A stretch of DNA of 32,678 bases from the NCBI GenBank assembly GCA_046716205.1, contig JBKJXT010000332.1, forward strand, positions 1 to 32,678, in the 5' to 3' direction. The notes beneath the pieces are model-generated. The model saw only the letters and a program-made list of their open reading frames with translations. It ran no database searches and had not been told where the DNA came from. The DNA is from Actinomycetota bacterium (GTDB lineage: Bacteria; Actinomycetota; AC-67). A program made the translations under genes and the position numbers. Positions 27,067 through 32,678 of this stretch are shown here, one piece after another (positions within the stretch are counted from its first letter, which is position 1; every line of letters begins with the position of its first letter).

Positions 27067-28890
27067 TCAGCCGAGCGCCGGTGTGATGCAGACCTCGCCG
27101 AAGACCCAACCGCACGCAGGCTGCGTCTCGCGATACGGCGGAAGCGTCGACATGAACGGCAGGAGGATGCTCGTCGGGTGAGCCGCGTCCTGCACGATCG
27201 TCACGACCGCGGGTGTCGTCGTCTCGTACGCGTACGCCGAGATCGGGTCGTTCGCCGGCGGGGCGTGCAACTGCAGCACCAACTCGTGCCCTGCGCGCCA
27301 CACGTGTCCGAACGGGAATACCTCGATCTCGTACTTGTTCACCTCGCCAGGGACGATCGGCGTGATGGTCTTGTAGCCGTAGTACGGGCGGTACAGATCG
27401 CCCCCCGGCGTGTACTGGGACTTCGACGCATCGAACTCTGCTGCGGCAGACGCGCGCAGCAGCCCGCGCTGCACGAACGTCGTCGCACCCGTCACCGTGT
27501 CGCGGTCGAGGATCTCGGCCCAGAAGTCGGTGTTCGGCGACGAGATCGACGCGTACAGCGACAGGTTTATCGGCCCAGCGAGCGCGGTGTCCTCTGTGAA
27601 TGTGTGCGTGTAGCGCGCGGTGTCCGGCGGGCCGGTCGTGAACCCGTACGGCGCGAGCGGGGCGCCGGTGTTGACGTTGTAGGGGGTGCCGCCGTCGAGC
27701 GTCAGGTGACGGCTGTTGCCGGTCGAGACGTAGGAGACGCCGCCGTCGCCGCCTGCACGCGTCTCAGAGAGAGTGAGGTCGGAGCGCAGGTACAGACGCC
27801 GCCAGTCGGTCTCCGGGAGCGGCCAGTCGGCCGCGACGTACGGCGCGAGACGGTTGTAGCCCATCGACTCGAAGTACAGCAGCGCCTTCTTGCTCGGGTC
27901 CATCACGACGGCGCAGGACTTGCCGGACGAGGTCGTTGCGGTGGGCGAGCCGCCGAAGCGGAGGTAGCAGTCGAGCCAGTCGCGCCTGTCGACGGTGGGG
28001 TCGATCGGGGTGTGACGGCCGGTGGACAACGTGATGCGCTTCGGTGTGCCCGCCGGGATGTTCTCCCAGAGGACGGGTCCGCCGCGCGGGCCGGACTGCT
28101 CGTCCTGGTACCGCTGGTCGAGCTGGATGGGTGCGGTGATCCCGCCGATGTGCGTCAGGAGCGCGTTCTGGATCGCCCAAGAGTCCTCGGTCGCGAACGG
28201 CGAGCCGTAGGTGTCCGCGAGCGACGCGGGGGTCGGCAGCAAGCTGGAACCGCGGTGGTCGGCGTAGTTCGCCGCGCACCGGTGGTCGCTCATCATGTAG
28301 GACGCGTTGCCCTCGTGCTCGTCAACCGACCGGCCGCCAGCGACCCACAGGAGCGGGAAGCCGTAGTTCGGGATGCCCCCGGGGTAAAGGACCCCACGGT
28401 AGAAGTCGTCGATCAGGCCCGACACCGCGGTCGCGCGCAGGTGCGTCGGCGACTGCGCCGCGACGAGGAAGCCCGTGAGCCCGCCGTACGAGTGACCGTA
28501 GATGCCGACATCACCGTTGGACCACGTCTGGTTCGGGATCCAGTTGTCGATGATCCACGCGCCATCCATCGCCGAACGTTGGCTGAACAGCTCGAGTTGT
28601 CCGGCGGAGCACCCCGTGCCGCGCACTGAGATAGCGACGACGACGTAGTCGGCCTTGTTCACGAAGGTCGTGTCCTTCGGCGACCCCGCACCGCCGTAAC
28701 CCTCGATCTCCACGAGCGCCGGGTAGGTGTTGCCAGCGACGTAGTTCGACGGAAGGAAGACCTGGACCGCGATCTCGGTACCGTCGTCCACGACGACGTA
28801 CTGCATCCCGGTGCCTGCGGCCTGCCCCGGCGTGGCGGCGAGCGGCAGCGTGGCGAGCATGGTGACGGCGATCAGGAGCTTGCGCAGCAT
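27067..28890 (-). CDS. secreted CocE/NonD-family alpha/beta hydrolase (peptidase S15 / X-Pro dipeptidyl-peptidase-like), 607 aa
   Basis: Signal peptide MLRKLLIAVTMLATLPLAATPGQAAG. N-terminal pattern VRGTGCSAG...DGAWIIDNW...WSNGDVGIYGHSYGG with a GxSxG nucleophile. A C-terminal PepX_C-like domain is present. GGGGAGGG lies upstream of the ATG. Confidence 0.85.
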   Translation of the reverse strand: MLRKLLIAVTMLATLPLAATPGQAAGTGMQYVVVDDGTEIAVQVFLPSNYVAGNTYPALVEIEGYGGAGSPKDTTFVNKADYVVVAISVRGTGCSAGQLELFSQRSAMDGAWIIDNWIPNQTWSNGDVGIYGHSYGGLTGFLVAAQSPTHLRATAVSGLIDDFYRGVLYPGGIPNYGFPLLWVAGGRSVDEHEGNASYMMSDHRCAANYADHRGSSLLPTPASLADTYGSPFATEDSWAIQNALLTHIGGITAPIQLDQRYQDEQSGPRGGPVLWENIPAGTPKRITLSTGRHTPIDPTVDRRDWLDCYLRFGGSPTATTSSGKSCAVVMDPSKKALLYFESMGYNRLAPYVAADWPLPETDWRRLYLRSDLTLSETRAGGDGGVSYVSTGNSRHLTLDGGTPYNVNTGAPLAPYGFTTGPPDTARYTHTFTEDTALAGPINLSLYASISSPNTDFWAEILDRDTVTGATTFVQRGLLRASAAAEFDASKSQYTPGGDLYRPYYGYKTITPIVPGEVNKYEIEVFPFGHVWRAGHELVLQLHAPPANDPISAYAYETTTPAVVTIVQDAAHPTSILLPFMSTLPPYRETQPACGWVFGEVCITPALG

Positions 28891-28945
28891 GGCGAACCCT
28901 CCCCGGTGGTCCTAGCTTGTCGAACTTCCGTTACGATCGGCGTGG

Positions 28946-29431
28946 TTAATCCACGATCGTCGTCAGAGTGATCGTTCCGTTCGTGACGACCCCTTCGCAT
29001 GGGGTGAAGGTGGCGGCCGCACGGTCGAGCCGCCCGACGGACCGGAGCCACACGCCTACCGGAGCACCAGCTTGGAACGGGATCGCGGTACCGGCCAGGC
29101 TGCCACCGTTGCCGCAGCCTGACACGCTGGGCTCGAGCCCTGGTTCGATTATGAGGTTTGCGTTGAGGTCCTGCGCTACGGTCCAGGCGGCGATGCCGCC
29201 GGTCGCGTCAGCGAAGGTGACCGACACCGGGAGGCCATCGGTGTTGGAGAACGTGGCGCCGCCGAAGTCGCCGAGGGGAGTCCCCACCGGGGGCGGGGGG
29301 GAGGCGATAAAACTGATCGCCGCCGGGCCGCCGGTGTAGGTTTTGACGTATTCATTCTGGGCAGCCTGCGACGATGAAGCCACGAGCATGACCGACAGCG
29401 CGAGCGCGCTGAATGTGAGCATCTTTCGCAT
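28946..29431 (-). CDS. small secreted protein (161 aa), unknown function, probably co-transcribed with the hydrolase
   Basis: Signal peptide MRKMLTFSALALSVMLVASSSQA-AQ. AGGAGGGG is upstream of ATG 29431. The mature part is Gly/Thr/Ala-rich and beta-like, with 2 Cys. It lies 55 nt upstream of the hydrolase gene on the same strand. Confidence 0.7.
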   Translation of the reverse strand: MRKMLTFSALALSVMLVASSSQAAQNEYVKTYTGGPAAISFIASPPPPVGTPLGDFGGATFSNTDGLPVSVTFADATGGIAAWTVAQDLNANLIIEPGLEPSVSGCGNGGSLAGTAIPFQAGAPVGVWLRSVGRLDRAAATFTPCEGVVTNGTITLTTIVD

Positions 29432-29782
29432 TGCATTCCCCTCCTACCGGTAGGTTCTCCGCGATTTAGCTAATCCTCTTTCGACCTGGGGCTTACCTCG
29501 GACCTTCCCACTGCGTAAACGCGCGCGCGCGCAGTGCCTGACAGGCGGCAAGCTCAGCGATCGCTCGAACAGTTCTGACCTTCGGATCCCTTCCATGGCC
29601 GCCCCCTCGATAGCGATCACGGTTGAAAGCACGATCCGATCCATCTGGACTCCCTTCGAAGATGTCACTCCTACGATGAGGTCCAGACGCAGCCTTGTCT
29701 TCGGGGACGACCGCTGAGATCTTTCCCGGGCAGACCACTGTGATCGGCGTGCCTCTCCGGTCTAACCGAAGGACCGGGGTTC

Positions 29783-31909
29783 GTGCTGGCTCGGAGGACG
29801 GCTACTCGGTGCTTGCCGCATAATCTGGACATGAACAATGGGGGAACTCGGACCATCGGCGTGCGTCGCCTGTCCGGGCGAACGGGGTCGCTGGGTCGGT
29901 ACCGCAACCGCGTGCTCGCTGTACCGGTCGGGTTGGGTCTCGCCCTCGGGGTTGTGTTTGCGTCGGTGAGCCTGGGGCTCGTCGTGCGATCAGCCCCTCG
30001 CGCGGTCAACTTGCCGGCCGATCTTGGCTTCGACTACGCGGCGCGATCCGGGTTGAACTTCACTCGGCTCCGTGACGGTTTCATCGACCAGCAACTCGGT
30101 GAGGTCTCACGATCGGTCCCAGCCACGCTCGTTGGGAGGGATCCGCCGACGAGTCCGGGCTCGATCATCGACCACCGCACGGTGACCACGCACACGCTGA
30201 CCAACGACCAGATGCGCGATGCGTATCCGATCACGCGAGTGCCGTTCACCGCGCACACCAGCGACGCGGCAGCGACGCGCAACGGTGATCCCGCGGACTG
30301 CGTCGCGGAGGGAGGAACCGTGTGGTACCGCTACACGGCCGCCGCCAACATCGGGTTGCTCGGGTACACGTTCGGAACCGACCACGCCGTGACCCTCGGA
30401 GTCTTCGAGATGTTCCCCGATGGGTTGCGGCGCCCGCAGTGCGACACCGATGCGAACGGAAGCGCCCTGGTGAGTTTCGCCGCGACGGCGGGGCGGACGT
30501 ACTACTTCCAGATCTCCTCGCCACTCGGGGGAGGAAAGCTTGTCTTCAGTCTCGACCCCCGCGGGACGTTCCAGATGGCATCGGTGTCGGATGCGGGCGA
30601 TCCTGGGAACGACGATTCTTGGGCGCCCATGGCATCGGGCGACGGCAGATATATCGTGTTCGCTTCTAACGCACTGAACATCGTTCCCGGAGCCGGGGGA
30701 CGTTGCAGTCTCGGGAGCAACGCGTACCCCGTCGGCGCGTGCTTCCAGATCTATCTGCGCGACATCGCGCGAGGAACGACGCGGTTGGTTTCCGCATCGT
30801 CTACCGGGACTCCCGCCAATGAAAGCAGCTTCATGCCCTACATCACGCAGGACGGGCGCTACGTCGGCTTCGAATCTCTGGCGACGAACCTTGGCGACCA
30901 CCCGTCGGACCTGGAGGGGCAGACCTTTCGCCGCTTCGTGAAGGACACCCGAACCGGGCTCGTCGAACGTATCCCTTCGGGCTCCGTGCTCGACCACGTC
31001 GGTCCCCAGAACGCCGAAGCGGAGGGCTGGGATCGCATAACCCTTTCCGACGACGGCAGGTACGTGAGTTTCCAGACGGCGGAGGCGCTGGCACCGGATG
31101 ACATCAACCGCGCTTTCGACGTCTATGTCTACGATCGCCGCACCAAGAGATTTGAGCAGCAGTCGGTCACGTCGGAAGGCAAGCAACCGACACCCACGAC
31201 CCAGAGGGCCACGACCCCCAACAACCACAGCACCGAACCCGATCTGAGCCCGTCGATGTCGGCCGACGGACGCTACGTCGTGTTCCGTTCGGACGCGGTC
31301 GATCTGGTCCCGGGCGACCTGAACCTCACGTGGGACACGTTCGTACGTGATCGGGTCACGGGGATGGTCGAGAGGGTGTCGGTGTCCTCCGAAGGGGTCG
31401 AAGGAAAGGGGGAGTCGGGACGCCAAGGGTTCAGGGCACGTCAGCGAACGATCTCGGCGGATGGGCGCTTCGTCGTTTTCGATTCCCGCGCCCCCAACCT
31501 CGTCCCCGGTGACGATAATGAAGCCGCCGACACGTTCGTGCGCGATCGTGCGACCGGAACCACAACGCGGATCACGTCATCGCCGAGCAACGCGCAGGTC
31601 GTGCATTATCCGTCGATCTCGCGCGACGGCCGATACGTGACGTTCAACGTACCGTCGGGGGACCAGCCCCAGTGCGCCGATACCGATGGCTCCGCCAACA
31701 CTTGCCATTTCGGGTACGTCCACGACCGCCTCGCGGGCGCCGACCTGGCTATCACTGCGTCGCGTGCGGGTCAACCGGCGTGGGGATTGGTCACGGGGAT
31801 ATCCGACGACGGCCGCACCATCGCCGTGCTCTCATCTTCTCCGGATCTCGGTGGAGATACCACCAATCACGAACAAGTGTTCGTCTACCGGGTGGCCCGC
31901 GGGATATGA
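29783..31909 (+). CDS. membrane-anchored PPC-like beta-sandwich plus 7-blade PD40/TolB-like beta-propeller protein
   Basis: N-terminal TM helix VLAVPVGLGLALGVVFASVSLGLVV. A pre-peptidase-C-terminal-like module follows (NDQMRDAYPITRVPF...GTVWYRYTA...GRTYYFQISS). Seven repeats of S.DGRYV.F.S.A.NLVPGD...DVFV.D are present. The start is GTG 29783 (AAGGA 9 nt upstream) or ATG 29831. Confidence 0.85.
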   Translation: MLARRTATRCLPHNLDMNNGGTRTIGVRRLSGRTGSLGRYRNRVLAVPVGLGLALGVVFASVSLGLVVRSAPRAVNLPADLGFDYAARSGLNFTRLRDGFIDQQLGEVSRSVPATLVGRDPPTSPGSIIDHRTVTTHTLTNDQMRDAYPITRVPFTAHTSDAAATRNGDPADCVAEGGTVWYRYTAAANIGLLGYTFGTDHAVTLGVFEMFPDGLRRPQCDTDANGSALVSFAATAGRTYYFQISSPLGGGKLVFSLDPRGTFQMASVSDAGDPGNDDSWAPMASGDGRYIVFASNALNIVPGAGGRCSLGSNAYPVGACFQIYLRDIARGTTRLVSASSTGTPANESSFMPYITQDGRYVGFESLATNLGDHPSDLEGQTFRRFVKDTRTGLVERIPSGSVLDHVGPQNAEAEGWDRITLSDDGRYVSFQTAEALAPDDINRAFDVYVYDRRTKRFEQQSVTSEGKQPTPTTQRATTPNNHSTEPDLSPSMSADGRYVVFRSDAVDLVPGDLNLTWDTFVRDRVTGMVERVSVSSEGVEGKGESGRQGFRARQRTISADGRFVVFDSRAPNLVPGDDNEAADTFVRDRATGTTTRITSSPSNAQVVHYPSISRDGRYVTFNVPSGDQPQCADTDGSANTCHFGYVHDRLAGADLAITASRAGQPAWGLVTGISDDGRTIAVLSSSPDLGGDTTNHEQVFVYRVARGI
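30566..31906 (+). repeat. seven PD40-like blade repeats (protein-level) inside the propeller CDS
   Basis: DGR(Y/F/T) anchors fall at residues 287, 357, 424, 495, 559, 615 and 676, giving a 56-71 aa period. The first anchor codon is at nt 30641. Confidence 0.8.
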
Positions 31910-32678
31910 GCGGCAGGATCCCGAGGTTTCGGAACCTGCCCTTGTTCTGGAAGTTGCTCGTTCCGTTCCTCACGCTGATGCTGATCTTCGGCGGATTCGG
32001 GTTGTTCGTGATCGTCCATGATCTTTCCGCGCGAGCGCAGTCCGAACTCGACAAGGATCTCTCCCGTCGAGCGCTCGACGCGCGATCGTCGATCCGTGAC
32101 CGCGAGTTGTACCTGCTGGAGGCCTCGAGTTTCGCTTCGAACCTCGAGGGGATGCGAGAGGCAATCCGTCGCGCCGACGCCGCTCAGGTCGCGGGTCTTC
32201 TCCGCTCCGTCACAGCGTTGAAGCCGGATCTGAATCTCGCCGTCGTCACGAACTCCCGTGGGGTCGGTCTGGTCGAGTACTCGCGCGCCAACGTCGGCGA
32301 TCGGCCGTCAGCCGGCAAGGGCTCACCGTGGGCTCACGACGACCTTGTGAAGCGCTTGCTGAGTTCGCAGGGAGGGGCGAAGCAAGGGGGATTCATCACC
32401 GTGCGGGGATCGCTCATGCTGGCGGTGGCGGGACCGGTGTGCTCGAACGATGCGGTCTGCACCCCGATCGGAGCAACGATCGTCGCGATCGATGTATCCC
32501 GGCTAGCGGGGGATGTCGTTCCGTCGGATCAACGACAGGTAGGTTTCGCGATCTACGACGATTCTCAGCGAGTGGTCTTCGCGTCCGGCCTCGCGAGCGC
32601 CGCCGCGCCGGTCGCGACATCTGCCGGCGTCATCACGGCGCGCCGCGGCAGCATCGAAACCGCAACGCTGTTCTCTCC
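31906..32678 (+). CDS. membrane sensor-like protein, N-terminal 257 aa only (3' end outside the window)
   Basis: Hand-translated open frame with no stop to the window end; it is not in the ORF track. ATG 31906 overlaps the propeller stop (ATGA). The N-terminus MSGRIPRFRNLPLFWKLLVPFLTLMLIFGGFGLFVIV is a TM helix. A domain of over 200 aa follows, predicted extracytoplasmic, as seen in histidine kinases and nucleotide cyclases. The output domain is not visible. Confidence 0.65.
   Translation, partial: MSGRIPRFRNLPLFWKLLVPFLTLMLIFGGFGLFVIVHDLSARAQSELDKDLSRRALDARSSIRDRELYLLEASSFASNLEGMREAIRRADAAQVAGLLRSVTALKPDLNLAVVTNSRGVGLVEYSRANVGDRPSAGKGSPWAHDDLVKRLLSSQGGAKQGGFITVRGSLMLAVAGPVCSNDAVCTPIGATIVAIDVSRLAGDVVPSDQRQVGFAIYDDSQRVVFASGLASAAAPVATSAGVITARRGSIETATLFS

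Noticed and set aside
27178-28629. 483-aa plus-strand ORF opposite the CocE/NonD hydrolase
   Set aside because: It is an Arg/Val/Gly-rich shadow frame. The minus-strand gene has a signal peptide, an SD and family motifs.
29444-29668. 74-aa minus-strand track ORF in the same intergenic region
   Set aside because: It overlaps the palindromes and promoter region, has a basic low-complexity C-terminus, and has no RBS.
29595-29717. 40-codon ATG ORF inside the divergent intergenic region
   Set aside because: It has no Shine-Dalgarno, only moderate G/C at third positions, and no hydrophobic or other recognisable feature. It is probably non-coding.
30107-31426. 439-aa minus-strand ORF opposite the propeller gene
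   Set aside because: It is a shadow ORF. The plus-strand frame carries seven clean PD40 repeats.
25840-32678. Calling the post-tRNA region a bona fide integrated genomic island or prophage
   Set aside because: The window contains no integrase, no phage or conjugation genes, and no distal copy of the tRNA 3' end. Only circumstantial signs are present (an IS remnant, a pseudogene, a tandem 14-mer). It is kept as a finding to test, not as a feature.

Overview
High-GC (Actinomycetota-like) chromosomal replication-origin region, densely coding, with many 4-8 nt gene overlaps. The core has the classic order: parB-parA-rsmG-jag-yidC-yidD-rnpA-rpmH on the minus strand, a coding-strand switch, then dnaA-dnaN-recF-DUF721(DciA-like)-gyrB-gyrA-DUF3566-tRNA-Ile on the plus strand. 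The left arm carries alr (truncated by the window edge), an ECF sigma / zinc-finger anti-sigma pair, trxB, trxA and a CwlM-like amidase. This matches the mycobacterial sigM-anti-sigM-trxB2-trxC-cwlM block. Here trxB and trxA are separated by about 4.3 kb holding a small membrane protein, an enolase-superfamily enzyme and pepN. Both trx genes carry the same ECF-type promoter motif, GGGAAT-N17/18-CGTTAG. An AlaC-like aminotransferase is translationally coupled to parB. After tRNA-Ile (25.8 kb onward) the content turns accessory: a decayed CocE/NonD hydrolase fragment, a degraded IS630-like transposase remnant, and an intact secreted CocE/NonD (S15) hydrolase preceded by a small secreted protein. 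Divergent from these is a membrane-anchored PPC-like + 7-blade PD40 beta-propeller protein, coupled by an ATGA overlap to a membrane sensor-like protein that runs off the window. I found no CRISPR array, no rRNA, no intact mobile element and no recognisable defence system. The best candidate for an undescribed system is the divergent secreted-hydrolase / propeller / sensor module at 27.0-32.7 kb. The next best is the redox/envelope cluster around the split trx operon. Most long ORFs on the opposite strand of the called genes are Arg/Gly/Pro-rich high-GC shadow ORFs and were not called.
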